DNA from: a virus
Lineage: Duplodnaviria > Caudoviricetes
Length of the DNA stretch: 64,000 nt
Virus record (IMG/VR): IMGVR_UViG_3300009183_004565
Reading direction: 5' to 3' (one strand)
How positions within the stretch are numbered: the first letter of the stretch is position 1; every line of letters starts with the position of its first letter. The position numbers were made by a program, and so were the translations under genes. The notes beneath the pieces were generated by a model. It saw only the letters and a list, made by a program, of their open reading frames with translations, had not been told where the DNA came from and did not search any database. Of the stretch, positions 24,988 through 34,932 are shown one piece after another.

Positions 24988-26349
24988 ATGACCAAAATTG
25001 CATCTGTACTCTACGACAACATTCCTGAAAACTTAAATGACATTAGAAATAATCTAATAGATCTTACCAAATTCAAGATGCAAGGGATGTTGCCAATTGA
25101 CATCATTAAAACCAATAAACTAAGCGACACGCTAGATAATATCAAGCAGGATGTGGATTGGGCAGTGGTAATTGCTGCAGGACATTATCTTGAAGGTCAA
25201 TATCTAATACAAGAAACTGTTGATCACGCCATAAAAGAAAATGTACCACTGGCCTGCCATATCCTGGCCAAAGGTGGTTACTTTCATTTTCATCAGCAAT
25301 GGTTCGCTATACACTTACCAACATGGCGGGCGGTTGGATCGCCAAGATTTGAAGAATCCCGCGGTAGGACCTTGACTGTTAAAGAAACTGTGCGTGACCC
25401 AAACAATGTACACGATGACTATACTCCGTGGTGGTTAAAACCCGGTGATTCAGATAAAACATATAGAACTGACTACGGGTACTTCGGGTTGAATGTGATT
25501 GAAGCATTGATTAATCACAATCATGCAATCACAAACATACCGCAGAATATACGTAATCGTAAATGTTATCCTTATCCAGATGCAAATCATCAAGAGATTA
25601 GAGAAATAATCAACAATCCAAAAAAAGAGTTTCCTAAAGAAACCACAAACTCATCTGTATGGTGGTTTAAACAATTGTTGGATAGATTAACTGATCAATT
25701 GGATCGCGGCTTTTATGTATTAAACACTGAACCATTTACATTAAATTCTCGAGTTGATAATGCTAAATTTGATTGTTTTGTGGGAGTATGCGGTGGAATT
25801 AAACCTGCTTGTATTGTTGGACGAGATAACTTTATAGCACCGTCATCGGTACACTTGTTTGATATAAGTGACGCAGCACTTGATTGGCAAAAGTATCTAA
25901 TAGAACATTGGGACGGCGATTTTTCAACGTTTGAGTCTGTGTTTAAATCTTTTATGGACAAGAACCCAGGATATTACCCCATGTATCATTCCCATCTTTC
26001 AATAGAAGAAAATATTGGGTGGTACTTTAAGAGTGGAAACTTAACTAAAGAAGAATTTCAAATTAGATGGAACAAGTATCGTACTTCGGAATTTAATTTT
26101 CATAAATTAGATTTGTTGGCACCAGACGCTGCAGACCAAATATTATCATTAATTGGTGATAAAAAATGTTGTTACCTCTGGGCCAGTAATGCATTTTCTA
26201 TGGATTATTTAATGTTCTATAAAACTGAAAAGGGTTCTGAACTAATTGGCGAAACCTTTAAACGAACTCTTCAGAACAAATCATCTACAGAAATATTCTA
26301 CGAAGAATGTAATCAAATAAAGTACATTAGGCCTGTTGGTAACTGTTAA
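24988..26349 (+). CDS. hypothetical protein
   Basis: 453-aa ORF, no confident motif. Confidence 0.75.
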   Translation: MTKIASVLYDNIPENLNDIRNNLIDLTKFKMQGMLPIDIIKTNKLSDTLDNIKQDVDWAVVIAAGHYLEGQYLIQETVDHAIKENVPLACHILAKGGYFHFHQQWFAIHLPTWRAVGSPRFEESRGRTLTVKETVRDPNNVHDDYTPWWLKPGDSDKTYRTDYGYFGLNVIEALINHNHAITNIPQNIRNRKCYPYPDANHQEIREIINNPKKEFPKETTNSSVWWFKQLLDRLTDQLDRGFYVLNTEPFTLNSRVDNAKFDCFVGVCGGIKPACIVGRDNFIAPSSVHLFDISDAALDWQKYLIEHWDGDFSTFESVFKSFMDKNPGYYPMYHSHLSIEENIGWYFKSGNLTKEEFQIRWNKYRTSEFNFHKLDLLAPDAADQILSLIGDKKCCYLWASNAFSMDYLMFYKTEKGSELIGETFKRTLQNKSSTEIFYEECNQIKYIRPVGNC

Positions 26350-27025
26350 CAACTATTTGATCCCATTCTGGTCCACGCCAAGTTCCATGTACAATAATGT
26401 GAAATCGATCTTGGGTGCTATCATTGTAAACTGCATGATCATAATGATTGTTGAATAAAAAGGCACTGCCGGTATTTTCAAAAGGAACTGTACCTTGCGT
26501 AGTTACCAGTTGACAACCTTCAGGATTGTTCAGCGATATGTTAACTGCTCCACCTAAAAAAGTATCACGATTGTCACTATGAGGCATTATGTATCCTTGG
26601 GGTTCTACCAGCATGTAACGCAGTCGCTGGTATGATCTATAAGGAAAAACATTTTTAAAATAATTCACAGTTACAGGGCAATACTCTGCGATTTCAGTCC
26701 ATTGATAAGTGACTTCGTTGGAATTTAATCCGTGCATTTCCGGAACGTTAGTAACATGCGATGCTACGCCATGTATGGTAAGACTACGCCATCCTTCACT
26801 TTGATCATCCCTATGTACTACAAATCGTTCTTTAAGAGCTCGAGCTTCGGCCAACATTTCTGCATACGGAGCATCAATGATTAATTTTAGCCAAGCAGCA
26901 CGAGCTTTAGTAAGAATCCAATGTGAGCAATGATTTATACTTCTATCTTCGGGCAATGGTTCGTACTCAAATGAGTTATTTTGATTGTCGTTGACGAATT
27001 TTTTAACTAGATTGATATGTTTCAT
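26327..27025 (-). CDS. Asp/Asn beta-hydroxylase-like 2OG-Fe(II) oxygenase
   Basis: IMPHSD (HxD), HAVYN, RFHIIVHG. Confidence 0.82.
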   Translation of the reverse strand: MKHINLVKKFVNDNQNNSFEYEPLPEDRSINHCSHWILTKARAAWLKLIIDAPYAEMLAEARALKERFVVHRDDQSEGWRSLTIHGVASHVTNVPEMHGLNSNEVTYQWTEIAEYCPVTVNYFKNVFPYRSYQRLRYMLVEPQGYIMPHSDNRDTFLGGAVNISLNNPEGCQLVTTQGTVPFENTGSAFLFNNHYDHAVYNDSTQDRFHIIVHGTWRGPEWDQIVVNSYQQA

Positions 27026-27080
27026 ATTTGATATTGACTGTAATATATTTATATGCTACAATTTGTTTTAAATAGTTAAA

Positions 27081-27165
27081 GCCCGGGTGGAGAAATGGTA
27101 TACTCAGGAGACTTAAAATCTCCCGCTCACAAGGCATGCCGGTTCGAGTCCGGCCCCGGGCACCA
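27081..27165 (+). tRNA. tRNA-Leu(UAA)
   Basis: GGAGA-CT TAA AA-TCTCC, variable arm, CCA. Confidence 0.95.
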
Positions 27166-27170
27166 AACAA

Positions 27171-27245
27171 CTGGCTATAGTATAATGGATAATACAGGGG
27201 ATTTCTACTCCCTCGATGTGGGTTCGATTCCTGCTAGCCGGACCA
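27171..27245 (+). tRNA. tRNA-Arg(UCU)
   Basis: GGGGA-TT TCT AC-TCCCT, CCA. Confidence 0.88.
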
Positions 27246-27253
27246 AGTTTTAT

Positions 27254-27331
27254 GCAACGGTGGCAGAGAGGCCCAATGCAAGGGACTGCAAATCCCTAAA
27301 ACCGTCAGTTCGAATCTGACCCGTTGCTCCA
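27254..27331 (+). tRNA. tRNA-Cys(GCA)
   Basis: AGGGA-CT GCA AA-TCCCT, CCA. Confidence 0.93.
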
Positions 27332-27357
27332 GGTTAAATACATAGAAGGGAGCCACT

Positions 27358-27663
27358 ATGTCCGACGATAACAATAAAATTAAAAATAGCAGTCGTAGAT
27401 ATAAAGATGAAGTAGCAATTGAAAGACAAATCCGTATTGCCAAAGACTATCATATGCATCAAGGCGGCGGCGACAAGTGGAAGTATATTGAACAACCACA
27501 CCGTAATCACAAGAAGCATATACTAAACTGCGGTGATCCAAAGTGTTATATGTGTGCCAATCCTCGCAAAGTGTTCAAAGAAGAAACCATGCAGGAACGT
27601 AAACATAAGCAAGATAAATTTTACTTAGAGTCTAATGTTGACATTAAAGATGAATTCAAGTAA
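27358..27663 (+). CDS. hypothetical basic protein with CxxxxCxxC
   Basis: CGDPKCYMCANPRK. Confidence 0.7.
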   Translation: MSDDNNKIKNSSRRYKDEVAIERQIRIAKDYHMHQGGGDKWKYIEQPHRNHKKHILNCGDPKCYMCANPRKVFKEETMQERKHKQDKFYLESNVDIKDEFK

Positions 27664-27675
27664 AATATAAAGTAT

Positions 27676-27749
27676 TCCGGTGTAGTATAGTGGCAGTGCA
27701 ACGGTCTCCAAAACCGTGAGTGGCAGTTCGATTCTGTCCACCGGAGCCA
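27676..27749 (+). tRNA. tRNA-Trp(CCA)
   Basis: ACGGT-CT CCA AA-ACCGT, CCA. Confidence 0.93.
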
Positions 27750-27957
27750 AACTTTTTAGGAGCATATTCAATGAAACAATTAAAAGTAGCAGTTCCAGTT
27801 CTTCTAGTAATCATAGCTGCAATGAACATAGCAGTAAATTATATGTCAGGCAACGACAATGCGGCATGGGCAAATTTTTCTGCTTTGTGTGCCTGGCTTA
27901 TTGTTGCCGGTGATGAAATTGTCAAGTTTCTAGACGAAAGAAAATCTATTTAAAATT

Positions 27958-28710
27958 ATGAGACTTGGATTTTTTGGCGATAGTTATATTGATGTACAAC
28001 ACGCTGTACATTCTAATTTCAAAGATAAATCTTTATACACAGACACTTGGGCGGCAAAATTATTAAGCGATTTAAATAAAGAAGTATTAAGTACTGGGTT
28101 TGGTGGATCAAGTATTTACTATGCTGTTTCTCGATGGAAAGAGGATTTGGTAAAATATCATGATCAGTCTTACGATTATGCAATTTTTACATTCACATGG
28201 GATGATCGATTATATACTGATCGTGATTACAGATCTGTCTATGCTGCCATGGCCGAAAAAAGAGATGTTGACGTAAACAACGAACCTGAATTAGCTAAAG
28301 TGTTAGAAGCATTAAATCTCTATTATCAATATATTCACAGCAACGAACAGTCTAAATTTAACTACGAGCTTACGCTAAAATGGATATTAGATCTGCCAGC
28401 TCAACATCCTGAAACAAAGTTTATTTTTTTACCATGCACTGAATTTGCCAGATCAACAGCATTAAAATATTTTCAAAGCGGAGTGTTATTAAATTTTAGT
28501 TTTGAAACATTATCTAATTTAGAATCCGGAAGTCCTTGTATCATGCCTTGTATGTGTAATAGATCAGGCCATTTAAATGAACAAAATAATACCTTGTTCA
28601 AGGATCTAATAAAAAATATATTATTTGATTACCCAAACTTTGAAAATACAGTACTTGACCCGGATTTTACAAACTTCGATTTAACTGAAATACCTAAATT
28701 TGAAAGATAA
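27958..28710 (+). CDS. SGNH-hydrolase-like protein
   Basis: N-terminal GFFGDSY, GFGGSS, C-terminal GHLN. Confidence 0.6.
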   Translation: MRLGFFGDSYIDVQHAVHSNFKDKSLYTDTWAAKLLSDLNKEVLSTGFGGSSIYYAVSRWKEDLVKYHDQSYDYAIFTFTWDDRLYTDRDYRSVYAAMAEKRDVDVNNEPELAKVLEALNLYYQYIHSNEQSKFNYELTLKWILDLPAQHPETKFIFLPCTEFARSTALKYFQSGVLLNFSFETLSNLESGSPCIMPCMCNRSGHLNEQNNTLFKDLIKNILFDYPNFENTVLDPDFTNFDLTEIPKFER

Positions 28711-28730
28711 TTAAATTTTTTAATTTTATC

Positions 28731-28751
28731 AAAAAGCCCATTGGGCTTTTT
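28731..28751 (+). terminator. intrinsic terminator
   Basis: AAAAAGCCC-ATT-GGGCTTTTT. Confidence 0.75.
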
Positions 28752-28980
28752 CTTGACTCGATATTTTAATTTTGCTAAAATATGTAACGAGGTAACATAT
28801 TATGCGTAAACCAGACAAAATTTATAAAGTAAAAAATCTTCGTACCAATGAAGTTTTTACTACCAGCACAATCTATGAAAAAAATATTGACGGTGAACCC
28901 TTTATTGGTGTGTGGCGGGAATCTGACTCGCATCGCAGAATAAACTGGATCAGAAAAGACAGCACAGAAAAGGTAAAATA

Positions 28981-29379
28981 GTGGCGGCCACACCAATTAA
29001 AAATACAGCAACATCTAATCTAACAGTTACAATTCCGACTGGTGGTTCTGCTAGCACCATATCAATAGTTGGTGGTGGCGGTGGTGGTGGCGGAACTTAT
29101 GGACCAATTTATACCATAAACGGTACAGTATCCAATCCTGCCACTTCGGGCCAAATTCATGTACAGGGCGATGCTACGTTCGAAGGTAACATTACTTGGC
29201 AAGGGCGAGATATGCGAGAATGGTTCGCAACTGTGGAATCTCGTCTTGGCATGCTGCAGCCAAACCCCAAACTCGAAGAAGGTTGGGGAGAATTGGCCGA
29301 TCTTAGAATGAAGTATGTAGAGCTGGAGCGAAAGTTGCTAGAACAGCAACGTGTGTTTGATATCCTTAAACAGGAATAG
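28981..29379 (+). CDS. hypothetical protein, Gly-rich N-terminus and coiled-coil C-terminus
   Basis: Poly-Gly run; heptad-like tail. Confidence 0.65.
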   Translation: MAATPIKNTATSNLTVTIPTGGSASTISIVGGGGGGGGTYGPIYTINGTVSNPATSGQIHVQGDATFEGNITWQGRDMREWFATVESRLGMLQPNPKLEEGWGELADLRMKYVELERKLLEQQRVFDILKQE

Positions 29380-29410
29380 ACACAAAATCGTAAATATTTT
29401 ATAATACGTT

Positions 29411-29584
29411 ATGACTAAAATATTAATTGATGTTAATCATGCCAGCGATGCTATTAGATGGGCCGTTACTCATTTTGGCAGCGGCAATAACTTTACTGTA
29501 CAGCATGATTTTCCTAGTAGCAAGTATCGGTTTGAATTTGATGATGATAATCAAGCAACAATGTTTGCCTTAAAATGGGTGTAA
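29411..29584 (+). CDS. small protein with C-terminal F-x-L-x-W motif
   Basis: Ends ATMFALKWV; TATAAT 5 nt upstream; absent from the ORF track. Confidence 0.65.
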   Translation: MTKILIDVNHASDAIRWAVTHFGSGNNFTVQHDFPSSKYRFEFDDDNQATMFALKWV

Positions 29585-29585
29585 T

Positions 29586-30425
29586 ATGAAAATCGCAGTA
29601 TGCAGCGATCTCCATTTAGAGTTTGGAGATTTGGACTTAGAGAACACCAAGAACGCCGACGTGCTGATTCTTGGTGGTGACATCTTCATTGCCGAAGATT
29701 TAAATCACTTTGAGCCCAACTTGATCAATAATGATGTGTTGATTCCGACTCGCATGGCTCTACGTGCCCAGCGTTCATATGACTTTGTTCAACGCTGTTG
29801 CGAACGGTTTCCGCATGTTGTATTAATCGCAGGTAACCACGAACACTATCACGGTGATTTTGCTGAGACTCATTGGACGTTGCGTAAGGTGTTTGCAGAC
29901 TTTACTAATCTACACATCTTGGACAAACAGTTTACTATAATTGACAATGTTGTATTCTTTGGTGGCACACTATGGACCAACATGAACAGCGAAGATCCTG
30001 AAACCATGCGGACTGTTCGTGGCATAATGAATGACTACAACTGTATCAAGAATACATCAGAAGAAGGTATGAAAGTATTCATGCCCGAAGATTCTGTTAC
30101 GGATCATAAAAAGTTCTTGGCCGAACTTGATCGGGTGTTGCGTGTTTATCCCACACAACCTACAGTGGTAGTCGGGCATCATGCACCTAGCAAAGCAAGC
30201 ACTCATCCTCGTTATAAAACTGAAACAATAATGAATGGTGCATATAGCAGCAACTTGGACAATTTTATTCTTGACAATCGTCAGATCAAACTTTGGACAC
30301 ATGGACACACACACGAAGATTTTGATTACATGATCGGATCTACTCGTATTGTTTGCAACCCACGTGGCTATGATGGGTACGAGGCCAAGGCTGATACATT
30401 TACTCTTAAATACGTGGAGATCTAA
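29586..30425 (+). CDS. metallophosphoesterase
   Basis: SDLHLEF, GGDI, AGNHEHY, GHHAP, HGHTH. Confidence 0.92.
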   Translation: MKIAVCSDLHLEFGDLDLENTKNADVLILGGDIFIAEDLNHFEPNLINNDVLIPTRMALRAQRSYDFVQRCCERFPHVVLIAGNHEHYHGDFAETHWTLRKVFADFTNLHILDKQFTIIDNVVFFGGTLWTNMNSEDPETMRTVRGIMNDYNCIKNTSEEGMKVFMPEDSVTDHKKFLAELDRVLRVYPTQPTVVVGHHAPSKASTHPRYKTETIMNGAYSSNLDNFILDNRQIKLWTHGHTHEDFDYMIGSTRIVCNPRGYDGYEAKADTFTLKYVEI

Positions 30426-30647
30426 ATGAAAACATTTGATACATTTGAAGAAGTAGTTGGAATGCAGCATTGCATGAAGAGGCCGATTGTGGTGCATGCC
30501 AAGAAGATGGATGTGGAATTCCGTGTTGACACACTAGAAGGCAATTACAAACAAGGCAAGCCCGGTGACTATCTTATGCGAGGTATCAACGGCGAACTTT
30601 ATATCTGTGATGGTACTATCTTTGAACGAACATACGATTGGGTTTAA
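30426..30647 (+). CDS. PGDYG-like small protein
   Basis: TLEG...GKPGDYL..G..GE.Y.C. Confidence 0.65.
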   Translation: MKTFDTFEEVVGMQHCMKRPIVVHAKKMDVEFRVDTLEGNYKQGKPGDYLMRGINGELYICDGTIFERTYDWV

Positions 30648-30649
30648 TA

Positions 30650-30907
30650 ATGGACAGTGACTTTCCTGACTTTGATGAAGCGTATGTTAAATTGATGTTG
30701 CCTGAGAATCCCAATCAATTTGATCTACTGGCTGCTCGGGCAAACTTTGGCATTTATCGTCATGATCTATGGCAGGGTACAGGTCGACGCTTTGCTGAGT
30801 CTATTGTTAAAGAATGTATGAGTGTTGTGCAAAATGCTGTAGATCATCGCGAACCCGCAAGTACCTATGCGGATAAGATTCGAGAACGTTTTGGAATCGA
30901 CGAATGA
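30650..30907 (+). CDS. small protein, FAESIVKEC family
   Basis: Motif shared with 2143 and 2914 ORFs. Confidence 0.6.
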   Translation: MDSDFPDFDEAYVKLMLPENPNQFDLLAARANFGIYRHDLWQGTGRRFAESIVKECMSVVQNAVDHREPASTYADKIRERFGIDE

Positions 30908-31149
30908 AAAATCTACTTGATATTCTTCCAAAGTTATTGGAATTAATGCCGGGAATTGTACAATTCCTAAAGTATATTCCTATTCTGATGGTTTTGGCGG
31001 GTATTGGGTACGGTGCATTTTATTGGAGTCAGAACTACAAAGATCCTTTTAAGTGTGTTGACAATCAAATTTACGAACAAGTGAGAGTGGACTCTAATGT
31101 GTATGAATTCAAAGGCGGCTACTGTGTGGATGGAGCTAGTATAAAATGA
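30904..31149 (+). CDS. small membrane protein
   Basis: One transmembrane segment, C-terminal Cys pair. Confidence 0.6.
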   Translation: MKNLLDILPKLLELMPGIVQFLKYIPILMVLAGIGYGAFYWSQNYKDPFKCVDNQIYEQVRVDSNVYEFKGGYCVDGASIK

Positions 31150-31970
31150 GAAACCATTATTGGACTTGCAGTAAATTTGCAGACTGGTTACGTGGCACAC
31201 CTAGTCCCGGTGCTTTGACCAGCAAAGACTGGAAAGCGTGGCATAAAGAAGCCAAGGCAGCACACCCTGTTCGTTATTGGCTAGCCGATGATGGACTTGA
31301 TTATATACAACAATTTGTTTTCTACATTCCGGATCAACTATATGCGATCAAATATTATATCAACAATCGATGGGTTACTGGAACCCACTCACTCCGTGCT
31401 CACCCTCGTGATATTACCCCTGGTGATTGGTGCGATGTTGGCAATCGTTTCCTGCCATGTCTTTTTAACGAACTTGTTGATTTTGTTGAAGTAGAACTGG
31501 CATGGTGGCATATTGCCTGGAGTGATCGAGCAGAACGGGCCAAGTACGATGCTCCTTTTTGGGCAACTGGATGGTTCCGTTGGCGTAACTGGCGCTGCCC
31601 ACAAGCAGGCCTAGATAATCTTGCCTGGCAAATGACCTGTGATAATAAAGATTATACTCCTGAAGATCATCCTGATTATGGCCAACTTACCCCACAGGCA
31701 CACAATGCAGCAGAAATCTTGGCGTTGTACACTTGGTGGACCCAAGAGCGTCCCAAGCGTGTGGATCCTATGGAAGCTAGTGGATGGACAGCCTACTGTG
31801 AGAGTAAACGCCAAGCAGGTGGCAGTGTACTGGATACTCTTGATCATGACGATGGTGTTGATACCACACCCATGCATGACATAATGCGTGACTTAGAAGA
31901 TAAGTATGAAATGGAGGACGAAAAGATGATGATTCGTCTAATTAAAATTCGCCAAGCACTTTGGACCTAA
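31146..31970 (+). CDS. hypothetical Trp-rich protein
   Basis: 274-aa ORF, ATGA coupling. Confidence 0.75.
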   Translation: MRNHYWTCSKFADWLRGTPSPGALTSKDWKAWHKEAKAAHPVRYWLADDGLDYIQQFVFYIPDQLYAIKYYINNRWVTGTHSLRAHPRDITPGDWCDVGNRFLPCLFNELVDFVEVELAWWHIAWSDRAERAKYDAPFWATGWFRWRNWRCPQAGLDNLAWQMTCDNKDYTPEDHPDYGQLTPQAHNAAEILALYTWWTQERPKRVDPMEASGWTAYCESKRQAGGSVLDTLDHDDGVDTTPMHDIMRDLEDKYEMEDEKMMIRLIKIRQALWT

Positions 31971-31979
31971 GGAGCAGAG

Positions 31980-32324
31980 ATGTTAGATGTTTTAATATAT
32001 GCATTTGTTGGATGGTTAATTTATCGTATGATTGTTTCCTGGTTAGCTCTTAAAGAACTAGAAAAAAATGTAGACTATGCTGTTGAACTATTAGCAGAAA
32101 AGGAAAAATATAAAATGCTAATGTTTGAACAAGTTGAACAAAATGGTCATAATGTTGTTCTTTGCTATGATATTAATAATAACTTCGTTGCACAAGGCGC
32201 AACCAAAGAAGAAGTGATCGACCTAGCACGACAGCGTTATCCAAATCAAAATCTTGCCACACATAAAATTGAAGAACTTCAATGGATCAAGCCCAAATCC
32301 GAGAAAAACTCAACCAATGGTTAA
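31980..32324 (+). CDS. membrane-anchored hypothetical protein
   Basis: AAGGAG RBS; N-terminal transmembrane segment. Confidence 0.65.
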   Translation: MLDVLIYAFVGWLIYRMIVSWLALKELEKNVDYAVELLAEKEKYKMLMFEQVEQNGHNVVLCYDINNNFVAQGATKEEVIDLARQRYPNQNLATHKIEELQWIKPKSEKNSTNG

Positions 32325-32776
32325 TCAACTTTGTTGAAAAACCCAATCCGTTATTAAACAACTGGCCTCCTTGTCCGTATGCAAGGAAGTCCAGACTTGA
32401 TAATAAAATTCACGTAGTATTTGACAGCCCTTTGGAGATTGCTCGCTATGTCACCTTTCTGGATGATTATGATGTTGTGGTGTTATGTTTTAATCCAGCA
32501 GACTATTCCGCTAGTCAGATAGAGCTGTTTACTCGACACATTAACAGTATCTTATTATGGCGAGATTATGTGGTACTCGAAGATCATCCTGATAGTGAAG
32601 AAATAGTTTCAGGAATACAAATGAACTTTGGAGAATGTGGACTCATGGTACTACAGCGACTAAGTAAATTAAACGCAGCCGCAAACTCTCTCAATGAAAA
32701 AGGTTACTACCACACTTGGTCAAAAGAATCATATAACGACGTTGTTCAATGGCGAAATGACATTCTGCAGAATTAA
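32282..32776 (+). CDS. DUF1415-like protein
   Basis: WLINFVE...PCPYARK pattern. Confidence 0.55.
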   Translation: MDQAQIREKLNQWLINFVEKPNPLLNNWPPCPYARKSRLDNKIHVVFDSPLEIARYVTFLDDYDVVVLCFNPADYSASQIELFTRHINSILLWRDYVVLEDHPDSEEIVSGIQMNFGECGLMVLQRLSKLNAAANSLNEKGYYHTWSKESYNDVVQWRNDILQN

Positions 32777-33182
32777 CTTGGATGAGACCAATTACGCACT
32801 ATCAGACAATTGGAAGTATATCCGTGATCCAGATCTGTATGTACTCAATTTGATTTATAAAAAATACTGTCAATACAAGAAGTTCGCCAGTGTAATGCCT
32901 ATTTTCAATTCCCAATACACAGATCCTGCAACAGACATCATAGGATATACACACAACGATAATCTAGTGGCATTTAGTCTTGTCAAACGATACGATTCTT
33001 ATAATGTCGAAAGCATACAGTTTGCATGGGATTATAATAATCCGGAATTAAAACTAGGAATACGCAGCTTAGAAAACGAATGTGCCTTATACAAATTCCG
33101 TGGATTTAAGTTTCTGTATTTGGGTCTAGCACATCCGTACAAATCGCAAATAGCAGGATACGAAGTTCTTGGTCCGTTGTAA
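32757..33182 (+). CDS. ATE/Bpt-like aminoacyl-tRNA:protein transferase C-terminal (GNAT) domain
   Basis: LVAFS...AWDY..PELKLGIRSLENEC...GFKFLYLG...YK resembles ATE_C; ATG 32757 preferred. Confidence 0.6.
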   Translation: MTFCRINLDETNYALSDNWKYIRDPDLYVLNLIYKKYCQYKKFASVMPIFNSQYTDPATDIIGYTHNDNLVAFSLVKRYDSYNVESIQFAWDYNNPELKLGIRSLENECALYKFRGFKFLYLGLAHPYKSQIAGYEVLGPL

Positions 33183-33193
33183 TTGCACAACAC

Positions 33194-33222
33194 TTGACCA
33201 TTAATACTACTTTTGCTATACT
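33194..33222 (+). promoter_or_regulatory. sigma70-type promoter
   Basis: TTGACC-17-TATACT. Confidence 0.75.
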
Positions 33223-33251
33223 ATAACTCTGTCAACTTAATTGGAACAACT

Positions 33252-33641
33252 ATGTCAATGCACATGGCACACCCTGCACTTAGCACAACGGGCAAGCGAA
33301 AGGGCAAACAAAAATGGGCTAGTTCTGAGCAAAAGCAGCAAGCTCAAAAACTAGATGCAGAATGGAACGAGCTAATGAAGAAGTGGGGCTCCGAACAGCG
33401 TGAACGCGAACGTACTCGTGGACTTCGTGCAGCCACTTACAAACCCGCAGTCAATCCCCGACTTGCTGAAGCACGTAGTATTCCTAGTCTACCGGACCAG
33501 CATGTAGGTGCTGTAACAGTCAAACAGACTCCACGGTACACCGGAGATAAAATTGTAGGCATTGGTACGATGCATAAATCCAATGCTGTTCCTATCTTTA
33601 GCGATCAAGAAGCTAAAGAGATCTCATCCATGCGGAGATAA
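33252..33641 (+). CDS. basic phage protein (HKSNAVP motif)
   Basis: YTGDKIVGIGTMHKSNAVPIF resembles a conserved T4-like phage protein. Confidence 0.7.
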   Translation: MSMHMAHPALSTTGKRKGKQKWASSEQKQQAQKLDAEWNELMKKWGSEQRERERTRGLRAATYKPAVNPRLAEARSIPSLPDQHVGAVTVKQTPRYTGDKIVGIGTMHKSNAVPIFSDQEAKEISSMRR

Positions 33642-33645
33642 TGTA

Positions 33646-34137
33646 ATGAACAAAAAACTAGCTAAATTAGCATTTTCAAGACACGAATTAAGTAAATCAA
33701 TGACTTTTGAAGATGCATTGGAAATTTTATGGGACAGAAAACTAATAGCTAAAGGAGAAATGGCTGAGCAAGCTCTAGTTAAACAGAGCCACGGAATCTT
33801 AGTAAAACATTCTTATAACAAAAAAGGTAGCGACTATACAGACGGTACAGATAGCAAATATACCGAGGTTTGTTATTATGGTCCTTCGGCTTATGCTACA
33901 CTTGGGGGGTTGAAGAATAAAACCGGCACATTACGTGTAATGGTTTATGAACCAAAAACTAAAAAGAATTACTTCTTTTTAATTCCGCATAAAATTTATG
34001 CAAAGTATGGGGTTAACGGAGATAGCATGAAATTCTGGTTTACTAGAGACGGCCAACCAAGATCTCCTACTAATATTAATGCAGTTAAACCTGATCTTTG
34101 GGAACACAAATGTAGTGTTATGGAATGGGCAAAATAA
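33646..34137 (+). CDS. hypothetical protein
   Basis: GGAG upstream of ATG 33646. Confidence 0.6.
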   Translation: MNKKLAKLAFSRHELSKSMTFEDALEILWDRKLIAKGEMAEQALVKQSHGILVKHSYNKKGSDYTDGTDSKYTEVCYYGPSAYATLGGLKNKTGTLRVMVYEPKTKKNYFFLIPHKIYAKYGVNGDSMKFWFTRDGQPRSPTNINAVKPDLWEHKCSVMEWAK

Positions 34138-34157
34138 ATAGTTTTTTTAAGGAATAT

Positions 34158-34376
34158 GTGAGTAAAGAAGATTTAATTAGACTGACCGGAGTAGTAGATG
34201 AGCTATTACCCAGCGCCATGTTTCGTGTTATATTAGAAAATAACCATCCAATTATTGCTACTATTAGTGGTAGACTACGTAAAAATAATATACGCATATT
34301 AGCAGGTGATAATGTTGAAATAGAAATGAGTCCATACGATTTAAACCGTGGGCGCATAGTGTATCGCAATAAATAG
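34158..34376 (+). CDS. infA: translation initiation factor IF-1
   Basis: [18 protein letters not shown]...[35 protein letters not shown]; GTG start after AAGGA. Confidence 0.95.
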   Translation: MSKEDLIRLTGVVDELLPSAMFRVILENNHPIIATISGRLRKNNIRILAGDNVEIEMSPYDLNRGRIVYRNK

Positions 34377-34380
34377 CAGT

Positions 34381-34932
34381 ATGCGCGAACTTATTGAATT
34401 AACCGAAGATAAACAAACCCTAGAGCTTAAGAAGCTGCCCTATGCCGAGGGCGGATTGGCTCCAGTTATGAGTCGTACTACAATACAAAATCACTACGGT
34501 AAACTGGCTCGTGGTTATGTTGATCGTTACAACAAGGGTGAGGGCGATGCCGCTTTTAACGAAGCAGGCGCATACTTACACAACATATTCTTCCCACAGC
34601 TTAGAGCACCCAAAAATGGAAACAGCCCATCGGGGGCAAGTCTAGCATTAATTAACAAGCATTTTGGAACTTTCACTGACTTCAAAAAAGAGTTTGCCGA
34701 AGAAGCAATGAAATTACAAGGATCTAATTGGATTTATCTTAGCCGTAACGGGCAAATTAAAACAATTAAAAATCATGCTAAACGCACAGATATTACACTG
34801 TTAGTTGATTGGTGGGAACATGCCTGGGCATTAGACTACGGTACAGACAAGAAAAAGTATTTACAGAATATATGGCGTATTATTAATTGGGAATATGTCA
34901 ATCGCAGAATTTACGCCGGAGATCGAGCATGA
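34381..34932 (+). CDS. Fe/Mn superoxide dismutase
   Basis: NHYGK, LHNIFF, DWWEHAW metal ligands. Confidence 0.92.
   Translation: MRELIELTEDKQTLELKKLPYAEGGLAPVMSRTTIQNHYGKLARGYVDRYNKGEGDAAFNEAGAYLHNIFFPQLRAPKNGNSPSGASLALINKHFGTFTDFKKEFAEEAMKLQGSNWIYLSRNGQIKTIKNHAKRTDITLLVDWWEHAWALDYGTDKKKYLQNIWRIINWEYVNRRIYAGDRA

Noticed and set aside
27171-27245. Amber-suppressor reading (CTA appears in the anticodon loop)
   Set aside because: The 5-bp stem GGGGA/TCCCT frames a 7-nt loop TT-TCT-AC, placing TCT at the anticodon: Arg, not a suppressor.
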